Part shown: in pieces, positions 42,495 to 51,889 of the stretch
How the letters are laid out: every line of letters begins with the position of its first letter
How positions within the stretch are numbered: position 1 is the stretch's first letter
Source: an uncultured delta proteobacterium
GTDB lineage: Bacteria; Desulfobacterota; RBG-13-43-22
Direction of reading: 5' to 3'
Length of the DNA stretch: 64,000 nt
Assembly: GCA_963843145.1 (NCBI GenBank)
Contig: CAWJJC010000027.1
Coordinates: 352,001 to 416,000, forward strand
Translations under genes and position numbers: made by a program
Notes under the pieces: generated by a model
Told to the model about the DNA's origin: nothing
Database searches by the model: none
The model's input: the letters and a program-made list of their open reading frames with translations, nothing else

Positions 42495-43128
42495 GCATAA
42501 TCGGGTAAGGGGGAGTTTTTCTCTCCCCCTCCCCCCACCGCCTAGCATGCGGGTCCGCACTAGGCGGTTCCCACGAGTTACCGAGCCGTAGCCGGGTAAT
42601 GGATGTTTACCCAAAGATCTTTGACAGACAGCAAACCTTGATCCTTGAGTCACGCCAAGGGGTGATCATGCTCGTCTGGATTGCCCGTGTACGTGAGAGT
42701 CGCCAGGGGCCTTTCCGGCTCATCGCGACCGAGATAGCAGTCCGCGGGCTTTCATTAGGATTGGTCTTGTCGGCCTCGCGCTTCCCGGATGGGTTCATGG
42801 CAAAGGTCGAGCTTACCGGTGCCATGTTGTTCTGACTTGCCCGAAGACTGGGCCTTGTTTGCCATTTCTGTACCCCGGATCAAATCCGGGGCAGGCTTGG
42901 CTCATAGCTTTGCGCTCCAGCTTCTTTCGGACGATCCCGCGAGATCGCCCTTGCTTTCGGCTAGTATTTATGTTCCTGTCTCATGACAGTAACGGGTTTA
43001 CATACAGGGGACTTCCTTGACCTGAGCAGGGTCGAAGGTCACCCCATAAGATCACGCCCATGCCGGGTGTACACAACCGGCTCCACCGGATCGCCAATAA
43101 ATCCGGCTCCCGGTGAGCCGCATTAGAT
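42495..43128 (+). mobile_element. attC site interrupted by the intron
   Basis: Removing the intron gives GCATAAC-AACCGGCTCCACCGGATCGCC...GGCTCCCGGTGAGCCGC-ATTAGAT. Confidence 0.75.
42500..43072 (-). mobile_element. ORF-less group IIC (attC-type) intron, 573 nt
   Basis: Minus strand starts GTACACCCGGCATGGGCGTGA and ends with DV GAACCGCCTAGTGCGGACCCGCATGCTAGGCGGT plus DVI ...CCCCCTTACCCGAT; flanks are TTGT / T. Confidence 0.88.
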
Positions 43129-43144
43129 CGCGAATCGAGGTACC

Positions 43145-44080
43145 ATGGACGAGCCTACTGCTCAGAAAATCAAAGACAACCTGGTGGACGTGGCTTTGGG
43201 CGCCGTCCGAACCGGAATGTTGTCCTCGACCGAGCCACCGGTACTGTACCACTTCACTGACTGCCAGGGGATCATTGGCATTTTAAAGAATCATTGCCTC
43301 TGGGCCTCGCTAGCTGTTGGAATGACCGATTACTCTGAGGTTCGATATTGCGTGGCGCGTGCTCAACGTATGTTGCGAGATGGTGAGCCTGGAGACGTTG
43401 ACCCAGCATTCCTCGCGAGAGTCGATCATTTCTTGGATCCAGCCAATACGATCCTGGGGATTCAATTTGAGTTCGATCCGTACGTCATCTCCTTTTGCGC
43501 CCGCGCCGATCTCAGCGTCCACTGGCTTCACTATGGCAGGGCAGGCAGAGGGTGCACAATCGCATTCGACGTCAAGGGATTAATTCAAAAGCCATTCGAC
43601 TTGGTACCTGTCCTTTATAAGGAGGAGGACCAGGACGGGCTTATTGCGTCTGTCGTGCAGAGCGTGTGACGACAGGTTAGGACATTCGAAATCGAAAAGC
43701 GTGATTTGACTGAGGCGAAAATGTTGTTCGAGGTAGCTGCGAACGCTACGGCGGCGGGCATCCGAATAGCAGCGCCCGGTATAAAGAGCATCGCATTTGC
43801 CAACGAAGAGGAATGGCGTCTCATCACCTATGAGGTGAATGTAAACCATAACTATCCGAAGGCGGCGATTATGCCGCTGAACAGAAACTTTCGCGCAACT
43901 AATGATCGAGTCATTCCATACCTTGAATACTCTCTCCCGTTGGCACCCGTGACTGAGATTGTATTGGGCGCCAGTTCGCCTATGAAGGTCGAGGAGCCGG
44001 CGCTTGCGATTCTACTACGCGAAACCGCGCCCGGCCAAAGTGTCAGCATCTCTCGATCGACTGTGCCAATACGCCCGTGA
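43145..44080 (+). pseudogene. DUF2971-like cassette protein with one in-frame TGA
   Basis: LYHFTD...GILKNHCLWAS...D.SE, ISFC...DLSVHWLHYG, K..AFANEEEWR, EIVLG; the two ORFs share a frame, split by TGA 43667-43669. Confidence 0.75.
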
Positions 44081-44611
44081 CTAACTTCGCACGGAATCCG
44101 ATCTTACCGGCACTTTGCAGCATGTACTCGCTGCGGTTGAGTGGGTAATGCCAAACGTGACTGGAAACCAAAAAGCTACACTCGGAAGTCTAGATATGGA
44201 ATCGGGGTCGTCCCAGACGAACTAATTCAATTTTCAACAGATCATATTGAATTAGATAGGAAAACGAGGCCTTAAAGTGCACTTTTTACCTCCAAAAAGA
44301 AGCTTCTAAGCGGCAAAGATCGAGAGGCCATTCCCAAGTCCATGCCATTAGTGGCCGGAGGGAGGACCGGTGGACGGAAAGCCTGGTGGAGGGTGGTCTG
44401 GTCCGCCCCCAATTTCCAGCCGGCAAAAGGTAATGGTCGGCTATAAAAGGAGAAAGACATGGGAAAGGCGATTAAAATCTACATCGCGATATGGAAGCCC
44501 GAAAAACCAACGGGTCCACTATCCTGATCCCCTGAACCGGCCTAACATGAACTATCAAATACGGCTCTTGCCTCCCGGTGATGGCCCTTCCCAAAAGAAA
44601 GGATCTTACTT

Positions 44612-45166
44612 ATGCTGAGAACACGAATTTTGTTGGTTGTCGTTTTTTGCTTGGCCTCCACGGTAGTCTACGCGGGCGCCTTCACCCTTACCAGTCCAAC
44701 CATTAAATCCGGGGCTCTTCTTACCGAGGAACAGGTGTTTAATGGATTCGGGTGCACAGGGAAGAATCAATCCCCAGCGCTTCAATGGACGGCAGGTCCA
44801 ACGGGAACGAAAAGCTATGCGCTTACTGTTTATGATCCTGACGCGCCGACGGGGTCGGGTTGGTGGCATTGGGTCGTCTACAATATCCCCGCTAATGTTA
44901 CCGAACTCCCGGTGGGCGCCGGCGATCAAACTGGGAAGCTGTTGCCTCCGGGTGCCGTTCAAGGTCGAACGGATTTTGGGATCCACGCTTTTGGTGGTGC
45001 CTGCCCGCCACAAGGAGATAAGCCCCACCGCTATATTTTTACGGTTTATTCGCTCAAGATCGAAAAAATAGACGTTCCCGCTGATTCGACCGCTGCCTTA
45101 ATCGGCTTCATGATAAATGCCAACTCCCTGGGGAAAGCAAGCTTTACGGCCAGGTATGGTCGCTAA
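44612..45166 (+). CDS. YbhB/YbcL family (PEBP / Raf kinase inhibitor-like) exported protein
   Basis: GKNQSPALQW, YDPDAPTGSGWWHW, GGACPP, HRYIFTVY. Confidence 0.93.
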   Translation: MLRTRILLVVVFCLASTVVYAGAFTLTSPTIKSGALLTEEQVFNGFGCTGKNQSPALQWTAGPTGTKSYALTVYDPDAPTGSGWWHWVVYNIPANVTELPVGAGDQTGKLLPPGAVQGRTDFGIHAFGGACPPQGDKPHRYIFTVYSLKIEKIDVPADSTAALIGFMINANSLGKASFTARYGR

Positions 45167-45267
45167 CCACGGTGGCGAACTATTTTTGCCCAAATATAGG
45201 CCTGAACGATGAACAGAAAACCTGACGGTGGGCGGAGCGGCTTTTCGAAAAATAAGGAGGAAAAACA

Positions 45268-45789
45268 ATGATCGATATTCTAAGGTCCCGGCGGAGCATC
45301 CGAAAATACGAGAAGAGACCCATCGACGAAAGGTCTTTGGAGACGTTAAAAGAAGCCTTGCTGCGCTGTCCGTCTTCCCGGGGGATCAACCCCTGGACAT
45401 TTATATTCGTTGACGAGGTTGATCTGCTCGCCGGGCTTTCCAAGGCTAAGGAACACGGTTCGGGCTTTCTCAAAAATGCCGCCCTGGCCATTGTGGTCTG
45501 CGGTGACGAGTCCGATTCCGATGTCTGGGTGGAAGATTGTTCCATAGCCGCCATCGTGGCCCATCTTACCGCCCACTCCCTGGGGCTCGGAAGCTGCTGG
45601 ATCCAGATCAGAAAGAGGGCCCATTCCACCGAAAAGACCGCCGAAGAGTATGTCCGGGACCTTCTCGGCCTTCCTTCGAACCTGAGGGTGGAATCGATCA
45701 TCAGTATCGGTTTTCCCGGAGAGACCAAGACGCCGGTTCCAGCGGAAAAACTTCAGTATGAAAAGATAAAGGTCAATCGTTACGAATAA
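45268..45789 (+). CDS. Nitroreductase family protein
   Basis: RRSIRKY, PSS, GLGSCWIQ; AAGGAGG RBS. Confidence 0.92.
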   Translation: MIDILRSRRSIRKYEKRPIDERSLETLKEALLRCPSSRGINPWTFIFVDEVDLLAGLSKAKEHGSGFLKNAALAIVVCGDESDSDVWVEDCSIAAIVAHLTAHSLGLGSCWIQIRKRAHSTEKTAEEYVRDLLGLPSNLRVESIISIGFPGETKTPVPAEKLQYEKIKVNRYE

Positions 45790-45850
45790 AGGGATACAGA
45801 CCAGCCTGGCACTCCCCTATGAATGGAATGGAAAGTCGATCGACAGTGGG

Positions 45851-45979
45851 GCCAGCATCGGCGTCGTCATGAACCTAACCGGACATGAACAGACAGATGA
45901 CATCATCCGGGATGCCGATACCGCCATGTATCGCGCCAAGGGCGACGGCGGTAATGCGTTTAGGGTATTTGAAGATTGA
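45851..45979 (+). pseudogene. GGDEF C-terminal fragment
   Basis: ASIGV...DIIRDADTAMYRAKGDGGNAFRVFED*. Confidence 0.8.
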
Positions 45980-46091
45980 TCTCACGACTCGGGGAGGTCC
46001 TCCGGGGGCAAGCCTATGAAGACAGACTATGGATCAATCGATCATTATTGACAGTCTCACAATTGTGCTTACACGGAGTGTTTTCTTTTTG

Positions 46092-46299
46092 TCTCTCGCC
46101 CGCTTCGCTCGAGTTCGCCGAGGGCGCAGAGAAAGACCAAGTTATTTTTTGAAAAATCGTTGAGACGCCGATTTTTCAAAAGAACTCACGCCTCCGGCGG
46201 GTCTTATTCGCGGAGCGGCAGATTTTTTTTGATTGCCGGCCTCTCAGCGGCAATCAAAAATCATATATTCTCTGCGGTCTCTGTGTGCTCTGTGAGAGA
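46092..46299. repeat. Palindromic MITE-like element with nested hairpins
   Basis: CGCAGAGA / TCTCTGCG arms; inner TTTTGAAAAATCG...CGATTTTTCAAAA and TTTTGATTGCCG...CGGCAATCAAAA. Confidence 0.65.
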
Positions 46300-46583
46300 T
46301 CGTCTTTTGTCTTTGGTCGTGACTGGTGACGTCAAGAAATCCGTTCAATATTATTTGAGACCGTTAATATACTCGCGATTTTCCAATTTCCGATTGATCA
46401 GCCTATGCCACTCGATCTCATTAAAAAAATCGTAAAATTCCGAGTTGAAGAAAACTCGGCGAAGGCAAAAAAGAAATGAAAGCGAAGGCAACAAACAAAA
46501 TGTTTAGACAGGTGGCCGGGTCAAGCTCGGCCACGGTTTACCCTCGGGTTACGGGGGATGGGGCCTGAAAGCAGGTCCGGCGA

Positions 46584-47234
46584 TTAGGCGGCGATCCGGC
46601 CTTGTTCGATCCGAATGACCCGGTCGGTGATCCGCTTCACCTGCTCCATATCATGGGTGGCCATGATCACCATGGTCCGAGCCTGCCTTCTGAGCTTCAA
46701 AATGATCTCCTCGATCACCGCGGTGTTTTGGGGATCGATGGAGGCCGTGGGTTCATCCAAGAAGAGGACTTCCGGTTCCACCACCAAAGCCCGGGCCAGG
46801 CCCAGACGCTGGGTTTCACCGCTGGAAAGGGTCAGCGCATTCTGGTCTTTCTTATGGGCTATCCCCACATAGTCCAGGGCCTCCGAGACTTTATCTTTGA
46901 TCAGACGGGCTGCCCCGCCCCTGACCTTCAGACCGAAGGCCACATTCTTGAAAACCGAGCTATTAAAAACCCCCACCTTGGGCAGCACCAGGGTGATTCG
47001 CCTCCTGAGTTCCATGTCTGGGGTGATCACCCGGCCCGCGGACTCATAGACAACGGCTCCCTGGTCAGGACTTTCCAAGAGAGCGCAGATTCTCAAAAAA
47101 GTGGACTTCCCTCCCCCATTCGGTCCGATCAAACCATAAATCCCGGCCTGCCCGAAGGAATAGGAACAATCCCTGAGAATATACTTCCCTTCATATTGCT
47201 TGGAGACGTTGCTTAGACCCAGGGAAAGGCTCAT
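46584..47234 (-). CDS. tupC: Tungstate ABC transporter ATPase
   Basis: GPNGGGKST, LSSGETQR, LDEPTA; operon context. Confidence 0.85.
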   Translation of the reverse strand: MSLSLGLSNVSKQYEGKYILRDCSYSFGQAGIYGLIGPNGGGKSTFLRICALLESPDQGAVVYESAGRVITPDMELRRRITLVLPKVGVFNSSVFKNVAFGLKVRGGAARLIKDKVSEALDYVGIAHKKDQNALTLSSGETQRLGLARALVVEPEVLFLDEPTASIDPQNTAVIEEIILKLRRQARTMVIMATHDMEQVKRITDRVIRIEQGRIAA

Positions 47235-47938
47235 CCTTTGCCCCCTAAATCCCCGCGTTTCTGAATCAACCGCAACGCGAAATTGATCAGCAGGGAGATG
47301 GTCAGCAGAATAATCCCCAGGGCCAAGGCCAGCTCGAAGTTCCCTTTGTCGGTTTCCAGGGCGATAGTGGTGGTCATGACCCGGGTATAGCCGGCGATAT
47401 TCCCGCCCACCATCAGGATCGCGCCTACCTCGGCCATTACACGCCCGAAACCCGCGATAATCCCGGCCATGATTCCGTAGCGGGCTTCCCTGACCACTAA
47501 GATCGCCTCCTGGGAAGGGGTGGCGCCCAGGGTCTTGGCTGCCTGCCGGATCACTCCGGGGACATTGACAATAGCCGAGTGGCAGAGGGCGCTGACGATG
47601 GGAAAGGCCAGGATGGTCTGGGCAATCACCATCGCTGAGGGAGTGTAGAGCAGCCCCAGGAACCCGAAAGGTCCTCTGCGGGATAAAAGCAGATAAACAA
47701 AAAGGCCCACCACCACCGGCGGCAGGCCCATAAAGGTATTCAAGAGGTTGATCATCAGGCCCCGGCCGAAAAACCGTTTCAGCCCCAACAAGGCTGCCAA
47801 GGGGAGCCCCAGCAGCGTGGCGATCAGCAAAGCCGATCCGGAGACCCTGAGGGACATCATGATGATCCGCAAGAGTTCCCGGTCCATCGCTCCGATCAGG
47901 GTCAAGGCCGCCGAAAAACTATTAAGAATGGAGTCCAC
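47231..47938 (-). CDS. tupB: Tungstate ABC transporter permease
   Basis: MGLPPVVVGL, FGRVMAEVGA, GGNI...TRVMTTTIALET. Confidence 0.92.
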   Translation of the reverse strand: MDSILNSFSAALTLIGAMDRELLRIIMMSLRVSGSALLIATLLGLPLAALLGLKRFFGRGLMINLLNTFMGLPPVVVGLFVYLLLSRRGPFGFLGLLYTPSAMVIAQTILAFPIVSALCHSAIVNVPGVIRQAAKTLGATPSQEAILVVREARYGIMAGIIAGFGRVMAEVGAILMVGGNIAGYTRVMTTTIALETDKGNFELALALGIILLTISLLINFALRLIQKRGDLGGKG

Positions 47939-47997
47939 TCTTGCCTATCACCCTGAACAGAGACCCGACATTGAAAAAAGAGAGATCCGAAAAATTC

Positions 47998-48837
47998 CTA
48001 TTTCGTTTGACCGGCGTTGGGGAAGAAGAGCACGTTCCCGAACTTGTCCTTATAGGAGCCGATGGCCTGCTGTCCTTCTTTGGAGATCATCCAGTTGACA
48101 AATTCCATCGCTTCTTTAAATTTGGTGTGCTTATATTTTTCGGGGTTGACCGCCATGACGCCATACTGATTGAAGAGCGCCGGGTCCCCCTCCAGGACGA
48201 TGGTCATTTCCAGTTTGTCTTTGTCTTTGGTGGCCAGCCAGGTGCCCCGGTCGGTCAGCGTATAGCCCTTCTTTTCATTGGCGATCCGCTGCGTCTTTTC
48301 CATCCCCTGTCCGACCTCCAGGTACCAGGCCTGGCCTTTGGGGTCCAAGCCCACCTTTTTCCAGAGGGAAAGCTCCTTGGTGTTGGTCCCGGATTTATCC
48401 CCCCGGGAGACAAACGGTCCTTTGCCGGCGGCAATTTTGGAGAAGGCCTCGGTGGCCTGCTTCAACCCCTTTATTTTCAAAGGGTCATCAGCCGGTCCGA
48501 TGAGGACAAAATCGTTGTACATGACGTCATGCCGGTTGACGAAATAGCCTTCGGCCACCGCCTTGAGCTCCAATTCCTTGGCGTGAACCAGGACCACGTC
48601 GCAGTCGCCCCGTTTGCCGATTTCAATGGCCGCTCCGGTACCCACGGCTACCACATCGACTTTGATCCCGGTCTTTTTCTCAAACAAGGGCAGCAGGTAG
48701 TCGAACAATCCGGAATTCTGGGTGCTGGTGGTCGAGGCGCAACGGATGCGCGTCTGGGCCTGGGCGGTACCATTCAGCAGCAGGAAGCCCATCATAAAAA
48801 CAGATAAAAACAAAATCATCGCTTTTCTCATCTTCAT
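47998..48837 (-). CDS. tupA: Tungstate-binding periplasmic protein
   Basis: Signal peptide; ASTTSTQNSGL, GTG, LVHA, MYNDF, SRGDKSGT, DRGT. Confidence 0.93.
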   Translation of the reverse strand: MKMRKAMILFLSVFMMGFLLLNGTAQAQTRIRCASTTSTQNSGLFDYLLPLFEKKTGIKVDVVAVGTGAAIEIGKRGDCDVVLVHAKELELKAVAEGYFVNRHDVMYNDFVLIGPADDPLKIKGLKQATEAFSKIAAGKGPFVSRGDKSGTNTKELSLWKKVGLDPKGQAWYLEVGQGMEKTQRIANEKKGYTLTDRGTWLATKDKDKLEMTIVLEGDPALFNQYGVMAVNPEKYKHTKFKEAMEFVNWMISKEGQQAIGSYKDKFGNVLFFPNAGQTK

Positions 48838-48874
48838 ACCTCCTTAATCAGAAGACCCTTTGACCGAAGAAAAT

Positions 48875-48907
48875 ACCAAGGCGGGGAGTGGGATTACCCG
48901 GCCTTGG
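48875..48907 (-). terminator. Stem-loop between porin and tupA
   Basis: CCAAGGCGGG...CCCGGCCTTGG. Confidence 0.45.
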
Positions 48908-48940
48908 CATTTTTTCAGGAAATAGTAAACAGAACCCGGG

Positions 48941-50377
48941 CTACCAGACTATTTCAAAGCGGGTCAGAATGGCCTGTTCATTATCCATTTTTTTACCGCT
49001 GACGGTGATGGGGTCATCGAACTTGGTATAATAATAATTGACCATGAAGCGCAGCATGTCGTTCGGGTACCAGGTCAGACCCAGGGTATAGCCGGAGGCT
49101 TTGGCGGTGTATTTTTTGGAATCGGCAAATCCCATTTTCAGGATGTCCGGGTCCATATCGATCCATTCATATCGGCCCAGGAGCTGGAAGGCGCCGCAAT
49201 ATCCTGACTTCCCTAAGGCAAAGGGTTTTTTGGGGGTGATTTGCCCCGGCAGCCCGTTCCGCCAGGGTTCCTCTTCACCGGTCAGAAACCATCCCAGGGA
49301 AGCGTAGCCGGCCGTGTTGTCAAAACTGGCCTTTGTCTTGTTGTAGGTCAAATCATTCAACTGCATTTTCATATATTCGGACTTCAGGGAAACCGGACCG
49401 ACCATCCAGGCCAGTTCACCTCCGAAACGGTTGCGGCTGCCGTCCTGGGTCACCGTATCATTAAACTGCAGGAAGGTCGTTCCGCTTTCGGTTTTGTATT
49501 GATACCGCCACCAGTCTGTTGCCGGGGCGGTGGTATGCTGGATCCCGGTGGTGAAGGCCCCGCCAATATGGAAGCCTTTTAAGAACTTATTGTCCACCTT
49601 GGAGAAGGGCGCCAGGGTAACCCGTCCGGCCACGTCTTTCTGGTCGTCCACATCGCTGGAATTGATCTTCCGGCCGTTGAAGACCCCCAACTGATAATAG
49701 AGGAAATCTTTGCTGATATTGCCGTGAAGCATGACGCCCAAGTCCCTAGAGGGAGCAAAATTGTCGGACAGGGAGCGTTCCACGAAATCGATCCAGTTGT
49801 CCGAACTCAATTCTTCCAGACTGAAAGGAACCTTGTATTGCCCGAACATCAATTGGGCATAAGGAAAGTAATTGATATTCAAAAAGGCATCGTTGAGCTG
49901 GGCGTTCCCCTGGCCCATCTCGTATTCCACGCTGAAATTATAGTGTTTATAGAAAGTACCGATGGCGGCCAGTCGAGCGCGCCGGATCAGGAAGGTGTCG
50001 TTGTTGGGATTGTCGTTCAGAAACTGTCGGTAGTCGGCATGCAGCCGCCCGGAAAGTCGGAGCTTATTGTCGCCGTCCTCCGACTCCATGGTAAAACCCT
50101 TCTTGAAATCCACCTTGGCATTCCCCGCCGGGGCCTTTTCTTCCTTGACCTTCTTCTCCAGAGCCCGCAGCCGGGTCAATTCCGCCTCTTCGGCCTCGGC
50201 CTGCTTCTTCATTTCCTGGTACTTTTCCGGTGTAACCATCTTGCTGTTCAGCAGAATTTCCAGGATCTGTTCATTGAGCGATTTGGCCTGGGCCCCTTGG
50301 GGCAGAGCCCAGATGAAAATTCCGGTCAGCAATAAGAATCCAATAGACCTGCCAAAGGTTCGTCCTTTCACCCTCAT
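48941..50377 (-). CDS. OprO/OprP-type oxyanion-selective porin
   Basis: Signal peptide, coiled-coil, IRRARL, GQYKVPFSLEEL, RDLGVM, LTWYPN, C-terminal aromatic W. Confidence 0.85.
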   Translation of the reverse strand: MRVKGRTFGRSIGFLLLTGIFIWALPQGAQAKSLNEQILEILLNSKMVTPEKYQEMKKQAEAEEAELTRLRALEKKVKEEKAPAGNAKVDFKKGFTMESEDGDNKLRLSGRLHADYRQFLNDNPNNDTFLIRRARLAAIGTFYKHYNFSVEYEMGQGNAQLNDAFLNINYFPYAQLMFGQYKVPFSLEELSSDNWIDFVERSLSDNFAPSRDLGVMLHGNISKDFLYYQLGVFNGRKINSSDVDDQKDVAGRVTLAPFSKVDNKFLKGFHIGGAFTTGIQHTTAPATDWWRYQYKTESGTTFLQFNDTVTQDGSRNRFGGELAWMVGPVSLKSEYMKMQLNDLTYNKTKASFDNTAGYASLGWFLTGEEEPWRNGLPGQITPKKPFALGKSGYCGAFQLLGRYEWIDMDPDILKMGFADSKKYTAKASGYTLGLTWYPNDMLRFMVNYYYTKFDDPITVSGKKMDNEQAILTRFEIVW

Positions 50378-50402
50378 GTCTCCCTCCTTTTATGTAATTT
50401 CT

Positions 50403-50436
50403 TTGCCATATATGTCAACAAAGGCATATCTGTCAA
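50403..50436 (-). promoter_or_regulatory. Palindromic operator (13-8-13) overlapping TTGACA -35 of porin-tupABC
   Basis: TTGCCATATATGT-CAACAAAG-GCATATCTGTCAA; 27/34 identical to 61282-61315. Confidence 0.7.
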
Positions 50437-50539
50437 GTTATTTTTCGATTTCCAGGAATATGAGGGGACTGGATCTTGGGGAGTCGTTGGGAGGAAGGGA
50501 AAAGCAAGGTCAGATGAGCAACTCCGACCGAGGAAGTTA

Positions 50540-51012
50540 TAAAATCAGGAGTATCCGGAATCGTCTCCCCGGGAGAAAAACCGGGCCTTCCGCAAGGCAA
50601 TCCGCCGGAAGGCTTCCTTGGCGGTGGCGGAGCCGGCGGTTTCGGCCGGGTCGCCGAGGCGGCCCCACCAAGTAAAATTCATTATACCCGATTAAAGTCC
50701 TTTGGGTGGCCCAGCCTTCCTGAACGGCCTTCTCTTCCCCTTCCGGGGCATGGACCATGATGACATCCACCTTCTTGTTCTTCAGGAGACGCAACGACTC
50801 ACCGGAACCGGCTTTGATCCAGCAAAGGGAGGCCCCCGCCTCTGGCAAAGGCCTCCGGACTTTCAACCCTAATTCACCGGGGCTTCCGGTGGCTACGAAA
50901 ATACGATTGCCGGAGCAAATTCCTTAGTACAGACCGCTTGTGCCAATGGCTGAGGCCAAGCGGTAGCCAGGATCAGAAATACCCAAAGCGTTAGACCGCC
51001 TATTCGACGCAT
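50540..51012 (-). pseudogene. Decayed TupA-like binding protein (ATGSPGELG type)
   Basis: Signal peptide MRRIGGLTLWVF..., ATGSPGELG, KAGSGESL, MVHAP, GYNEF, SRGDDSG across several frames; truncated. Confidence 0.75.
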
Positions 51013-51021
51013 TTCCCGCTA

Positions 51022-51801
51022 TCACTTGCCTTTGATAACCGAGGGTATGGCCTCGGGATAAAACAGGTTGGTCCCATGCTTTTTGTAGCCGGCAATCAGC
51101 TTTTGTCCTTCCACGGAGGTGACGAAGGCGATAAATTCCATGGCCGCCAGGTAATTGGCTTGGGGAAATTTGTCCGGACAAACCGCCATAACGCTGTAAT
51201 AATTCAACAGCAAAGGATCTCCCTTGAAAAGGATCTTCAAACTCAGCTTTGGTTCATATTTCAGAAAAGTCCCCATATCGGTCAAAGTGTAGGCCCCCTG
51301 ACGATCCGCCGCGATCAGGGTATCGGCCATATTGGCCCCGGCCTCCTGATACCAGCTCTTGCCTTTCGGAGTCAGCCCGGCATCGTCCCAGAGATCCAAC
51401 TCCCGGATGTTGGTCCCTGAATCATCCCCCCGAGAGACGAAAAGGCTGCCTTTCTCCGCAATCTCTTCCAAGGCTTCAATGACGGTGCGGGCCTTTTTCA
51501 CCTTGGCCGGGTCCTTGGCCGGTCCAACAATGGCAAACTCATTGTACATCACTTCCCGGCGATTGACTCCATACCCTTCGGCAATGAATTTTTCTTCCCG
51601 GAAAGGATCATGGACAAAAAGTACATCGGCTTCTCCTTTTTTAGCCAGCCGAATAGCCTTGCCCGTACCGACGGAAATAACCTCCACCTTGACCTGGTAT
51701 TTTGAAAATTTCTCATAGGCCGGAATCAAAATGTCAAAAAGACCTGAGTTCTGGGTACTGGTGGTTGAGGCAATGATCAGCTTGTTTTTCGCTTTGGCCA
51801 T
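51022..51801 (-). CDS. TupA-like tungstate-binding protein lacking a signal peptide
   Basis: ASTTSTQNSGL, GTG, MYNEF, SRGDDSGT; AAGGAG RBS; in-frame TAA 8 codons upstream. Confidence 0.85.
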   Translation of the reverse strand: MAKAKNKLIIASTTSTQNSGLFDILIPAYEKFSKYQVKVEVISVGTGKAIRLAKKGEADVLFVHDPFREEKFIAEGYGVNRREVMYNEFAIVGPAKDPAKVKKARTVIEALEEIAEKGSLFVSRGDDSGTNIRELDLWDDAGLTPKGKSWYQEAGANMADTLIAADRQGAYTLTDMGTFLKYEPKLSLKILFKGDPLLLNYYSVMAVCPDKFPQANYLAAMEFIAFVTSVEGQKLIAGYKKHGTNLFYPEAIPSVIKGK

Positions 51802-51889
51802 GGGGATCTCCTTTTTTGTAGGTTAAGTTAATAATATTAATCTTTTTAAATTAATACTTTAACTTGGATTGTCAATGGTCCCCCGGTGG

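Noticed and set aside
42599-42986. Short ORFs inside the intron as reverse transcriptase
   Set aside because: No RT motifs (e.g. YADD); shadow ORFs.
44272-44618. Short ORFs between the cassette cluster and ybhB
   Set aside because: No recognisable homology or RBS support.
50924-51012. GCGTTAGAC as an attC end
   Set aside because: Better explained as the signal-peptide coding region of the decayed TupA-like gene.
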